Source of the DNA: Candidatus Hydrogenedentota bacterium
Lineage (GTDB): Bacteria > Hydrogenedentota > Hydrogenedentia > Hydrogenedentales > JAEUWI01
Direction: 5' to 3'
Assembly (NCBI GenBank): GCA_034669905.1
Contig: JAXMOL010000001.1
Coordinates: 1 to 64,000, forward strand
DNA: 64,000 bases
The position numbers were made by a program, and so were the translations under genes. This document shows, piece by piece, positions 1 through 10,349 of this stretch (within the stretch, counting starts at the first letter, position 1; every line of letters starts with the position of its first letter). The notes beneath the pieces were generated by a model, which saw only the letters and a list, made by a program, of their open reading frames with translations, had not been told where the DNA came from and did not search any database.

Positions 1-58
1 CCGGGGCACCAAACGAAACTACCCCGGTATCTTCCTTTGGAATACGGTCATTACTCAT
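1..58 (-). CDS. N-terminal fragment of a CDS running off the left edge (MSNDRIPKEDTGVVSFGAP...)
   Basis: ATG at 58-56 with AGGAG RBS upstream on the minus strand; frame open to the window edge; too short to assign function. Confidence 0.5.
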   Translation of the reverse strand, partial: MSNDRIPKEDTGVVSFGAP

Positions 59-190
59 CAATAGGCTCCTTGCCCTCAACACTAATTCTTACAAGGAGAC
101 TGTCTCAACTATTCTGGCACAGAGGGTGGTTAACTCACGCCCTTGCTCCAACCGCACCATCGTGACCGTCGGGGCTGTCCCCCTCCTCCC

Positions 191-375
191 AAGGTCCTAA
201 ACGACATAAAGGACCCAAAGGACACACACGAAGGGTCTCAACGCCCTGCTTTCAAGAACGTGTCAGGCGTTGCCCCGCTCGCCACATCGAAGTCTTCGTT
301 GTCGGACTCCCGCTCCGGTCCAGCAGACACCGCAAACTACTTGTCCTTTCCGTCCTTTAAGTCGTTTAGGTCCTT
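191..375. repeat. 34-bp imperfect inverted repeat pair with ~9-bp internal periodicity (AAAGGAC-type)
   Basis: 191-224 aaggtcctaaacgacataaaggacccaaaggaca vs reverse complement of 342-375; 4 mismatches. Confidence 0.75.
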
Positions 376-569
376 TTTCCCGCCCCCTCAACCCCGCCTC
401 CTTCAAGAGGGGGACAGCCCCGACGGTCCGCTGTTTCCACGCACTGCGACGACGCCTTTTCCGCCAAGGCGTGGGCCTTGCCGCATCACCAACATGACGT
501 CAGTGCAGTCCCCGCTTGCACGTCAATCCGCAATTCTCTATAGTGCTTTTTCAACCTGGAGAACTTCTC

Positions 570-3077
570 ATGCGCTTTGTCTTATGCTTCTTTTTGATCG
601 TGTCCGCCGCGTCGTCTCGTGCGGACGTGGCCAGCTACACCAATCTACTCATCGTGGGCGGCACCGAGTCCGGGGTGGCGGCAGCCATCCAGGCGGCGCG
701 GATGGGGGTAAAATCCATCACCCTGGTCAATGACACCGAGTGGCTGGGCGGACAGTTTTCTTCGGAAGCCCTCGCGTCCATTGACGAAAATCGCGGGCCC
801 GATGGCTATGGCCACGGTGTGCCCTTCCCCCGCTCGGGACTCTTTAAAGAGGCCATCGAGCGGATTGAGGCTGTCAACCTGGAGAAATACGGCGAGCCGC
901 GCCCGGGCAATACGCGGTGTATCACGACGGGCCGTCCGGTGGATTCCGCCCGGGTCTTTCAGGAACTGCTTCAACCTTATATCGATAGTGGGCAGGTGCG
1001 GGTCTATTCTAATCTCCGCCCCACGGAAGCCCATCTCGACCGCACCCCTATGTGGGTATCATTTCGATCAGAGAGCGGCGAACACCGAAACTATTCACCC
1101 CGCCTCGTCGTCGACGCCACCGACTGGGGCGACGTGGTCAAGCTTGCCGGCGCGGCCTATGAATATGGCCCGGATCTCCAGTCCACCTACAATGAGCCCC
1201 TGGCCCCCGAATCCCGGGAGGGCTATCCCCTCATGGACATGAACCCCATCACCTATTGCATGATTATCGAAGAGACGGACGACTACACGCCCATCCCCAA
1301 GCCGGAGGGTTACGACCCGCGCAACTACCGGGACCATGGCTACCCGAAGGACCCGCTGTGGCTTTACCCCACGCGACGCCTTGTGGACCGCTACCACTTT
1401 GAGAAGGTCACCCACCCGGATGTGTTGCTGCTGTGCTTTCCGGCCTTTGACTATCCGGTCGATGTTTGGACGAAACGGGTCGCCGATGCACTGGAAGCGA
1501 CCGAGCCCGGGGCTTCGAAGAAAAACATCGCCACCCTCACGCCCGAACAGCGGCAGATTGTCTTTGAAGACGCCAAGCGTCGCTCCCTGGGCTTCCTTTA
1601 CTATCTCCAGACGGAGGTCCACGACCAGATGGAAGACACAACTCACAGCTTCCGCCGCTTCAAGCTCTCCGACGAATTCGGCACACCGGATAAGCTGCCC
1701 TTCAAGCCCTATGTTCGCGAATCCCTTCGCACCAAGGCCATGTATATGATGCGCCAGCAGGACTCGACGGGATACGCCGATCGGGCCACGAACTTTGCCC
1801 AGGTGATGTATCACGACAGTGTGGCGAGTTGGCAGTTTGAATATGACTTCCACCCCACGGCACGCCACTTCCTCGACGGCGACCCCGCTGGCCCCTGGCA
1901 CAGCAAATTTCGCAAGAACCGCACGTGGGGTCCGCCCTACAGTGGGCGCAGCACCTTTCCCATCCGCAGCATGATTCCTGAAACGATGGATGGTCTCCTC
2001 GTGGCCCAGAAGAACCTGGGCTACAGCAGCCTCGTGAGTTCGGCCCTCCGGCTCCACGACCAGAGCATGGCCGTCGGTCAGGCCGTGGGCGCCGTGGCCG
2101 CGGTCAGCCTCCTGGAAAACATCACGCCCCGGGAAATCCCCTATAAACGCCGTTTCATCTCCCAGGTGCAGGAAGGCGTCTGCGCCCGACTGGATGGCGG
2201 ACAGCCCGCGACCCTCTGGCCCTTCGGCGACCTGGACCCTGAGCACCCGGCCTTCGTCGCCGTGAACCTCCTCGGCGTGCGGGGTGCCCTGCCCCATCGT
2301 CCCGACGTGGTGGAGTTCCGGGCCGATGACCCGGCCACGGCGGAATGGCGACACGAAGTCGTAGGGCGCTCCTTGCTGACCAAGCGTATTGAAAGTGCCC
2401 CCGCCATTCCAGAAGGCGCCATGACGCGGGGCGCATTTGCGACCGCCTGGTGGGAAGCCATCAAAGATCTTCCGGACGCGCCCTACGTGCGGCTGAGCCA
2501 AACGGACGCCGATGGCGACGGCATCCCCGACCGGGACGACGCCCTCCTGTTTACGGCAGCGACCCAATCGTGGCCCGAATACGCCCCCCGCACCGATGAA
2601 GATGGCCACCCCGACGCGCTGGCAACCGGCACGGTGGTGAAGCAAATCAACTTCACCGGGGGGAATGCGGCAGAACCGGAAGGCTTCACCAACGACACGG
2701 GTGCCGTCTTTGATGATGCCCGGGGCTTCGGCTGGAAGGCCGACATCTCCGGTAACCACCGCATCCGGGGACGGATGGCCGAAGTCTGGCGCGACAGCTT
2801 CCTCTTCACCCGAAGTCATGCCGTGTGGGAATGTGTACTACCCAACGGCACCTACACCGTCACCGTGTGTGTGGGTGATTCGGATCACGTCCAAGAGGGA
2901 CAGCAGGTGATGGTGGAAGGCGTAAAAATGCACGAGAACGTGGACACCCCAACCGGTGTCTTCGCAGAAAAGACAGTGGAAGTCACGGTTAGCGACGGGA
3001 AGCTGAGCCTGGAACTCGGCACGCCCGGTGGCACGATGAATACGTGTGTCAACTGGATACGGATCGTAGCGGATTGA
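570..3077 (+). CDS. Secreted FAD-dependent oxidoreductase (FAD_oxidored family) with SLH-like segment, DxDxDG Ca-binding motif and C-terminal galactose-binding-like beta-sandwich
   Basis: GGAGA RBS before ATG 570; signal peptide; LLIVGGTESGVAAAIQAAR FAD motif; DATDWGD; PYVRES; DADGDGIPD; C-terminal LPNGTYTVTVCVGD. Confidence 0.8.
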   Translation: MRFVLCFFLIVSAASSRADVASYTNLLIVGGTESGVAAAIQAARMGVKSITLVNDTEWLGGQFSSEALASIDENRGPDGYGHGVPFPRSGLFKEAIERIEAVNLEKYGEPRPGNTRCITTGRPVDSARVFQELLQPYIDSGQVRVYSNLRPTEAHLDRTPMWVSFRSESGEHRNYSPRLVVDATDWGDVVKLAGAAYEYGPDLQSTYNEPLAPESREGYPLMDMNPITYCMIIEETDDYTPIPKPEGYDPRNYRDHGYPKDPLWLYPTRRLVDRYHFEKVTHPDVLLLCFPAFDYPVDVWTKRVADALEATEPGASKKNIATLTPEQRQIVFEDAKRRSLGFLYYLQTEVHDQMEDTTHSFRRFKLSDEFGTPDKLPFKPYVRESLRTKAMYMMRQQDSTGYADRATNFAQVMYHDSVASWQFEYDFHPTARHFLDGDPAGPWHSKFRKNRTWGPPYSGRSTFPIRSMIPETMDGLLVAQKNLGYSSLVSSALRLHDQSMAVGQAVGAVAAVSLLENITPREIPYKRRFISQVQEGVCARLDGGQPATLWPFGDLDPEHPAFVAVNLLGVRGALPHRPDVVEFRADDPATAEWRHEVVGRSLLTKRIESAPAIPEGAMTRGAFATAWWEAIKDLPDAPYVRLSQTDADGDGIPDRDDALLFTAATQSWPEYAPRTDEDGHPDALATGTVVKQINFTGGNAAEPEGFTNDTGAVFDDARGFGWKADISGNHRIRGRMAEVWRDSFLFTRSHAVWECVLPNGTYTVTVCVGDSDHVQEGQQVMVEGVKMHENVDTPTGVFAEKTVEVTVSDGKLSLELGTPGGTMNTCVNWIRIVAD

Positions 3078-3132
3078 AATAAAACGATATTCAAATGCAA
3101 CGTATCGGCTGCTCCCCCCGCTTCTACGAACG

Positions 3133-4170
3133 TTACGACGAGGGGATTTCTGAAAGCCCTTCCGGGTCGGAAGGGGCTGACCCCTTCCGCGGCAGAGCCA
3201 GGAGCCCGGCGAGGCCACATCCCCCCATAATCAGGATGGACAGGGTGTGATAACCCAGCATGAGAAAGTAGACGGGGCCGTCTGATGGGGAGAGGCTTGC
3301 GATGGTGTTGAATTTCTCCGCCGCTTCCTCAAAGCCCGTGGGATCCAGCGCCGCCAGGAAGACGCCGAGCCCTAACATCTGGGGAAAAAGGGTGGCGAAA
3401 AATGCGGTTAAGACACCCATGGCCCAGCGGGCCAATAACGGGATATCCCGTTGGAAGCACCGATACATGGCAAAGGGCGTTGCCAGGGCCATCAGGATAG
3501 ACGCCATACCGTCCAGGGTATTCTTCCATTCCCAATTAATTTGATAGTCCAGGAGATAGCTCAGCGCCAGGATAAGGGGCACCGCCAGGCACAGGGTTAC
3601 CACCCCGGTGGATGGCCCCTCCGCTATGTCGGACGTCGCCGCCCCCGTTGCGGGCACCGGCGTGAATTCCCAAGGCCCGTCCTCCACCACGCCGTCGGGC
3701 ATGCCGCCCCGGGCATCGTTGACGCGATGGGCCAGGGTCTCAAGTGCCCGTTGGGCCGCCCGATACCGTTTTACACTTGGCAGCTGCTCCGTGTGGTTGG
3801 TGGTGTGGATCCAGGTGGCGCAGGTAGGGCCACGTCCCCAATGAATCGCCAGCGCAATGAGGCACAGCGCGGACCAGACGCCGCACACGATTGCCGGACT
3901 CAAGGCGGGCATCCCAAAGAGCGCCATGGGCAACAGGGGTAACAGCGCGGCGCAAAACAGAAGGCTGGCAACGAACCGGCCTCCCGTGGTCACCTGACAG
4001 CGCAATCCGGTAATGTCCTTGTAATAGAAGCGCCGGGCGTGTTCCGCCGTGCCCCGCTGTCGCAAGCTCAAGATATGATCAGGCCCGAGATAGGCCCGCG
4101 AAAATCCGAGACGCCCGGAACCGGGTAAAGGGGTGTAGTCGTTGTAGACGGGGGGCTTTTTGATACTCAT
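3133..4170 (-). CDS. Multi-pass membrane protein of unknown function
   Basis: ATG overlaps stop of upstream gene (ATGA coupling); several hydrophobic helices. Confidence 0.7.
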   Translation of the reverse strand: MSIKKPPVYNDYTPLPGSGRLGFSRAYLGPDHILSLRQRGTAEHARRFYYKDITGLRCQVTTGGRFVASLLFCAALLPLLPMALFGMPALSPAIVCGVWSALCLIALAIHWGRGPTCATWIHTTNHTEQLPSVKRYRAAQRALETLAHRVNDARGGMPDGVVEDGPWEFTPVPATGAATSDIAEGPSTGVVTLCLAVPLILALSYLLDYQINWEWKNTLDGMASILMALATPFAMYRCFQRDIPLLARWAMGVLTAFFATLFPQMLGLGVFLAALDPTGFEEAAEKFNTIASLSPSDGPVYFLMLGYHTLSILIMGGCGLAGLLALPRKGSAPSDPEGLSEIPSS

Positions 4171-4799
4171 GCAACACCCCACAGACCTGCGACCACCAGC
4201 GCGATGAAAGCCACCCAAATGAGTAGCACCCCCATGACGAGAAAAACAGCCAGCACGTTATTCAGATAATACCGCTTGACCGGGTTGCGGGAACGCCCCC
4301 AGTAGCGCAGGGCGAGGTAAAAGGCGATGGGGGCCGTCAGGAGGGTCAGAAAAAAAGTTATGACCAGGGCCAGCGGAATGAGCGCCAGATAAAGTGCCAT
4401 CAGATCGTAGCGAAGATAGGTGGTCGCCATCAGATCCCAGGGAGCCCCTTCCTCGGCCTTCATCCGATGGGCGAAGCAGGAAGGACATACGGTCTTCGGA
4501 AATTCTTTGGGACGATTCGCCGGCTGGGGCATATCGAGTTGGCAAAGGCCACAGAGGTACCGTCCACAATCGTCACAGAGGGTTCGCGCCGCCGAGGTAT
4601 CGTGAAAATAACACACGGCGTTTTCATCGCTATACACCCCTTCCCGGGCCGAAGCGTCGGGCTCGGTGAAAGTAGGAAATACAAACTGTCGCTGCCGCGT
4701 GGCACAGGCTGGACAGCGGAGCTCGACACCCCCATCCGATTCCAACGCAACGGGCAGGGTCGCATCGCAGGCCAGACAGCGGAAAAGCACATTGCTCAT
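4167..4799 (-). CDS. Zn-ribbon/B-box-like Cys-rich membrane protein
   Basis: CxxC pairs plus CYFH...CDDCGRYLCGLC...CPSC; C-terminal TM helices; ATGA-coupled to the RDD gene. Confidence 0.75.
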   Translation of the reverse strand: MSNVLFRCLACDATLPVALESDGGVELRCPACATRQRQFVFPTFTEPDASAREGVYSDENAVCYFHDTSAARTLCDDCGRYLCGLCQLDMPQPANRPKEFPKTVCPSCFAHRMKAEEGAPWDLMATTYLRYDLMALYLALIPLALVITFFLTLLTAPIAFYLALRYWGRSRNPVKRYYLNNVLAVFLVMGVLLIWVAFIALVVAGLWGVA

Positions 4800-5524
4800 G
4801 CAATCACCGCCCTTTCGGAAACGACCCGGGTCTGACAAATCCGGTCGTGAAGCGTCATGCGTTCCGGGTCTATGAGCGCCATGAGGTAGCCCATGGCCAG
4901 ACAGGCAACGCTAATTAACTCCGCGATGAGCCGTGTCAGCGCCAGGCCAAAGCCCAGCCGCCGATCGTCCCGGTCTACCACGGCCAGGCGAAAGAGTCGT
5001 TTGCCCGGTGTGCCGCCAAAGTGGACGGTGCTGTAGACGAAGAAGGCCAACAACCCACCCACCGCCATCAGGCTGAGCAGACCCGCCCACACGGGAGAAA
5101 CTCCCAGTTCATCCATCCACGAACTGAACAACGAAGACAACAAGACAAGGAGGTGCAGGTCGAGCAGTTTGGCGAGGACCCGCTTCCAGAGCATGCCGGG
5201 CACTTCGTGCCCCTCCATCCAGGTGCCTTGCTTCAGGTGTTGGAAGAAGGAAACCTTGCACGGGCCACACAGGGCCTTCCCCTCGTAGGTCAACAGGGCG
5301 TTGGGTGGGAAAGATTTACCACAGGAGGCGCACGGAAATTGCAGGGGCGGTGGTGCGGAATCCCCAAAGGCATGGACCGGCTCGTAAGCGTGCCAGGCAC
5401 CTTCCTCGCCTTCCCGCACCGGCGTATCGGCCTGCACCACACCCCGGGCGGCGAGGTCGTCGAGTCGGGCACGGCTTACGGGGCCAATGCCCTGTTCTCC
5501 GGTCTTATAATACCATTCGGAAAT
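4796..5524 (-). CDS. GYF_2 + Zn-finger + RDD family membrane protein, probable ATT start
   Basis: RDD motifs (KRVLAKLLD, TPGKRLF, LHDRICQTRVV); the frame extends upstream of the ORF-track start to ISEWYYKTGEQGIGPV; GAGGAGG RBS 7 nt before ATT at 5524. Confidence 0.75.
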   Translation of the reverse strand: MSEWYYKTGEQGIGPVSRARLDDLAARGVVQADTPVREGEEGAWHAYEPVHAFGDSAPPPLQFPCASCGKSFPPNALLTYEGKALCGPCKVSFFQHLKQGTWMEGHEVPGMLWKRVLAKLLDLHLLVLLSSLFSSWMDELGVSPVWAGLLSLMAVGGLLAFFVYSTVHFGGTPGKRLFRLAVVDRDDRRLGFGLALTRLIAELISVACLAMGYLMALIDPERMTLHDRICQTRVVSERAVIA

Positions 5525-5663
5525 GGTGTTGCCTCCTCACGTCGTGGGACCCGGCAGCTTCCGATGCCCCCTCAAGAGACACTAGCATATACAATACTCC
5601 GGGTGGTATCGCAAGGATTTGCAGCAGGACGCCAGGGCGGCGAGGGAACGGCATGATTTGCCG

Positions 5664-6563
<900 letters not shown>

Positions 6564-6591
6564 TTATAGGCCCCGGGGTTACTGCAATGGG

Positions 6592-7398
6592 TTATTCTTT
6601 GGACAGGGGTTCGAGTGTAATACGCCGGAACCACACTTCGCCACCCTCAATTTGAATCTGGATCTGGCCAGCCGTCGGTTTCACATCATAGACTTTGTTG
6701 GCCACCACCCCGTTCACGAGCAGGGTCAGGGTATCGCCGTCGGCCACCACTTCAAAGCGGTTCCATTCGCCCAACGGCTTTTCCAGGTCTTTTGCACCCC
6801 GATAGCCCTGTTCATCCTTCCACCCTCCATCCCGTCCCCACCAGTTGATCCGCCCGAAGGTGATGGTCTGCGGGGTGCCCTCCGGGTCATAGACCCAACA
6901 GCCGTTCTGCTGTTCTGCGGCGGCTTTCACGGTGGCCTGATAGGCCTCGGTCTGATCGCCCAAAACGAGGATGTCCCCCGTGCCGCCTTCAATCATCTGG
7001 GCGGCCAGGGCATATTTCCACAGGCCACGAAAGCCACCCTCTTCGCCCGTGGCGTGAATCTGGAAACCACAGTCGAGGGCCTTGCCTTCCCGGTCACCAT
7101 AGCCCTTGTCGCCCCACTTGAACTCCGCCACCATGCGGTAATTGGCGTAGGCCTTCTCCGTGCTGAGGCAGCCCCGCTCGTCCCCGGCAATATGGAGCAT
7201 GCCGTCCTCCACCGTAACGATACCTTCCGGGTCCTCCCCCTTTTCCCGGCCCTTCAGATAGGGGTACCAGTGGGTGAGGTCTTTTCCGTTGAAGAGCTCA
7301 ATGCTTTCCTGGGGCGTAATCGGTGATTGTGCCGCACCTGGTAAGACCAGGCATGCCACGAGTGAAATTATCGAAGGAAATAAGGCCAGCGTTCGCAT
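6592..7398 (-). CDS. DUF1080 (3-keto-disaccharide hydrolase-like) secreted protein
   Basis: Signal peptide; LFNGKDLTHW, KPLGEWN, GQIQIQIEGGEVWFRRI motifs; AAAGGA RBS before ATG 7398. Confidence 0.85.
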   Translation of the reverse strand: MRTLALFPSIISLVACLVLPGAAQSPITPQESIELFNGKDLTHWYPYLKGREKGEDPEGIVTVEDGMLHIAGDERGCLSTEKAYANYRMVAEFKWGDKGYGDREGKALDCGFQIHATGEEGGFRGLWKYALAAQMIEGGTGDILVLGDQTEAYQATVKAAAEQQNGCWVYDPEGTPQTITFGRINWWGRDGGWKDEQGYRGAKDLEKPLGEWNRFEVVADGDTLTLLVNGVVANKVYDVKPTAGQIQIQIEGGEVWFRRITLEPLSKE

Positions 7399-7616
7399 GA
7401 GATTCCTTTCAAAGGGGTTTGATGCGTTGATCATGCATGATTCCCCCGTGCGACGCAAGGCCCTTGGATAGGCCCTTTGCCTGACAGGACGTCCTGCTAC
7501 CAGGGAAAAACTCCCCGTGAACAACACCAACTGGCTCGCCGAAGGGATGTATATTGGTGTACTCTAAAACGCGGGGAAGGCAGTCTGCGCCCTGGCGCAT
7601 GACATGAGGGATCCGG

Positions 7617-10061
7617 ATGACGACCAAAGACACAACGAAGACCGCACCGCGAAAAGTCGTCGCGACCGTACCTCCACAAGAGATTCTCCCCATTGTAGAC
7701 GGCAATTTCGAGTCCAACGTCCCGGGTATCTATGTGATCGGCGATGTGACGGGCCTGCCGCTGGTGAAGGTGGCGGCCAACCACGGCACCGAGCTGCTGG
7801 AGAAGATGGAGAAACAGGGCCGCTTTTCCCAGCGGGATGAAGAAGGCCTCGACCTCGTCATCATCGGCGCAGGTCCTGCCGGGCTTTCTGCCGCCCTCGA
7901 AGCCCACGCGCGGGGATTGCGCTATGTCGTGTTGGAACGGGCGCGCATCGCCAGCACGGTGCGCAGTTTTCCTCCGGGCAAGAAAGTCTATGCCGAACCC
8001 CGCTTTCTGAAGAACGTCAGCCAGATCGACGCCGAAGGCGACAAAGAGAAAGACGACTTCCTCGCCATGGTGGAATCCCTGGTGGCGGAAAAGGATCTCC
8101 ATATCAAGGAAGGCGTGGAGGTCACGGGCGTGAAGCGCCGCGATGGACATCGTTTCGCCGTGCAGACCGATGGCGACAAGACCTTCGAAACCGCCAACGT
8201 GGTGGTGGCCGTGGGACGTCAGGGGCAGCCCCGACTGCTGGACGTCCCGGGTGCGGAGTTGTCCCACAAGGTGACCTACCGCCTCCACACGGCGGAGGAC
8301 TACCACGACAAAGACGTGCTCATCGTGGGCGGGGGCAATTCGGCGATTGAAGCCGCGCTCATGCTGGCGGAACACAACCGCGTGACCCTTTCCTATCGTG
8401 GGGACGACTTCTACCGGGCGAAGGAAGACAACCGGGAAGCGTTGAAGGCGGCCGAAGCGGCGGGCACGATTCGCATTCTCTATAAGAGCACCGTGACCGA
8501 GATACGCGAGGATGAGGTCCAGCTCAATGTGGATGGCACCCCGACGACCCTTCCCAACGATCACGTCATCGTGCTCATCGGCACCTTACCGCCCGTCGAT
8601 TTTCTCCTCGACATAGGCCTTGAGCTCGATGGTGTGTGGACCAAGAAACGGGTCGTCTACTCGGGCTTGGGGATCGCCGCCGGCATCTTTATCTATTTCG
8701 GCGCCCAACATTTTTCGCTTCATCCTGACAAGGCCGGTGACGGTAAGTGGTTTCTCGGGTGGGCGAGCGGTCTGGCCGATACGCCGGTGCTGGGTGGACT
8801 TTCCCTCTTGCTCGGTTTCGCCCTGCCGGTGGCGTGGCTCCTGCTCCTGGCCCTGAAGCTGGTGAATAAAAACATGACGCGGCGGGGCCACGCTGCCCTG
8901 GTGAAGGTCCCGTGGGATGGGGCCGCATTAACGGTGGGCGCCCTGCTTTACGGGGTCTACCTCGCCGCCCCCCATGTCTTCACCCTGGATGCCGCCGAGG
9001 CGGGTCCGGGCCCCTATTTCGTTCCCGGATTCCAGTGGCTCTATGCCCTCGTGCCTACCTACTTCGGCAATCTCTACGGCCTCTATTATCTGCTGTACTT
9101 CAGCGCCATCACGGGCTTTGGGCTCTATTGGGCCTTCCGCTACCAACACCGGCGCATCTGGATTCGCAACCTCACCATCATTGCCACCCAGTGGACCCTC
9201 TGGTGGGGCATCCCCACGTTCCTCGTGGTCTTCATCGGGAAGAACCCCTGGACGCCCCTCATCGGCCGTTCCCTCAACGCCTGGCCCCTGAAGATCAATG
9301 CCTTTGACGTGGAACCCGTCGGCCCTGGCGATCCGGCCTGGTGGCACACCGTTGCGGTGGTGGGCACGGTGTGGGCCGTGGTGCTTACCTTCGTCGTCAT
9401 ACCCCTCTTCACCATCAAGTGGGGCAAGATCTATTGCTCTTACATCTGCTCCTGCGGCGCGTTGGCGGAAACGGTGGGCAATGGCTTCCGACATCGGGGA
9501 CCCAAGGGCGACCTGCCCCGGAAGCTGGAGAAGTATGGCTTCCTCTTCATCCTGTTGGCAACGGTGGCGACGGGCGCCCATTTCATGGGCTACGAATGGC
9601 CCTACCAACTCTATAACGTGTGGGTGGGCACCTTCCTCGCCGGGGCACTCGCCATTGGACTCTACCCCTTCCTCGGACAGCGGGTCTGGTGTCGCATGTG
9701 GTGTCCCCTCGCCTTCTGGATGAACTTCTGGGGGCGGTGGTCTCAATTTAAGATCTCGCCGGAGAAGGGCAAGTGCATTGATTGCAACATGTGCAATCAG
9801 TATTGCCAGATGGGGATTGATATCAAGTCCCGCGCCTTGCAGGGCATCCCCGTCACCTTGAAAGATACGCCGTGCGTGGGCTGCGCCGAGTGTGTCGTAC
9901 GCTGCCCCATGGAGATATTGCACATTGGCGAAGCGCCGACGAACAAGGAAATATTACGGGTTCAGCCCGAGGCCTCGGCGTGTGGGGTCTCGTCTATCCA
10001 CTCCCCCTACGACATCCCGAAGATGAACCAACAGCGCGAAGGGGAACGGGATGGGAAGTAA
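7617..10061 (+). CDS. Thioredoxin-reductase-like FAD/NAD(P)H oxidoreductase fused to NapH/FixG-like membrane 4Fe-4S domain
   Basis: IIGAGPAGLSAA and GGGNSA motifs; TM region with CSYICSCG and CRMWCP; CIDCNMCNQYC and CVGCAECVVRCP ferredoxin motifs. Confidence 0.85.
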   Translation: MTTKDTTKTAPRKVVATVPPQEILPIVDGNFESNVPGIYVIGDVTGLPLVKVAANHGTELLEKMEKQGRFSQRDEEGLDLVIIGAGPAGLSAALEAHARGLRYVVLERARIASTVRSFPPGKKVYAEPRFLKNVSQIDAEGDKEKDDFLAMVESLVAEKDLHIKEGVEVTGVKRRDGHRFAVQTDGDKTFETANVVVAVGRQGQPRLLDVPGAELSHKVTYRLHTAEDYHDKDVLIVGGGNSAIEAALMLAEHNRVTLSYRGDDFYRAKEDNREALKAAEAAGTIRILYKSTVTEIREDEVQLNVDGTPTTLPNDHVIVLIGTLPPVDFLLDIGLELDGVWTKKRVVYSGLGIAAGIFIYFGAQHFSLHPDKAGDGKWFLGWASGLADTPVLGGLSLLLGFALPVAWLLLLALKLVNKNMTRRGHAALVKVPWDGAALTVGALLYGVYLAAPHVFTLDAAEAGPGPYFVPGFQWLYALVPTYFGNLYGLYYLLYFSAITGFGLYWAFRYQHRRIWIRNLTIIATQWTLWWGIPTFLVVFIGKNPWTPLIGRSLNAWPLKINAFDVEPVGPGDPAWWHTVAVVGTVWAVVLTFVVIPLFTIKWGKIYCSYICSCGALAETVGNGFRHRGPKGDLPRKLEKYGFLFILLATVATGAHFMGYEWPYQLYNVWVGTFLAGALAIGLYPFLGQRVWCRMWCPLAFWMNFWGRWSQFKISPEKGKCIDCNMCNQYCQMGIDIKSRALQGIPVTLKDTPCVGCAECVVRCPMEILHIGEAPTNKEILRVQPEASACGVSSIHSPYDIPKMNQQREGERDGK

Positions 10062-10065
10062 TTTA

Positions 10066-10222
10066 CCAGAGCGACACAGAGGACACGGAGTTTTCGACGG
10101 CTGCAAACAAAAGAGTTGGACCACGAATAAACACGAATTCACACGAATGTTGCGACCAGCAGTTGGGAGGCTCGTTGCTACGGTCCGCCGTAGCAATGCA
10201 TACCATTCCGCTCCTGCGGAAT
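10066..10222. repeat. Cluster of short periodic repeats and hairpins (REP-like remnants)
   Basis: cacagag-type 9-bp period 10066-10090; cacgaat x3 at 10-bp period 10121-10150; hairpins ttgctacgg/ccgtagcaa and attccgc/gcggaat. Confidence 0.6.
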
Positions 10223-10349
10223 CGGGACCAATCAGTTACTTGCACATTCCTACTACATTAACTTTACGAAAGTCAGCACCACACAAGAATCCCGTTTGGG
10301 ACTCTGTCGTAGCGTCGAAAAGCGTCCGTATCTGAGGAAGATAGCGCCA

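Noticed and set aside
143..733. 196-aa ORF spanning the inverted repeat
   Set aside because: Low-complexity translation of repeat arms; overlaps the real gene out of frame
1095..2819. 574-aa minus-strand ORF
   Set aside because: Antisense shadow of the FAD oxidoreductase
10160..10232. Integron attC site
   Set aside because: No clear paired RYYYAAC/GTTRRRY boxes and no integrase in the window
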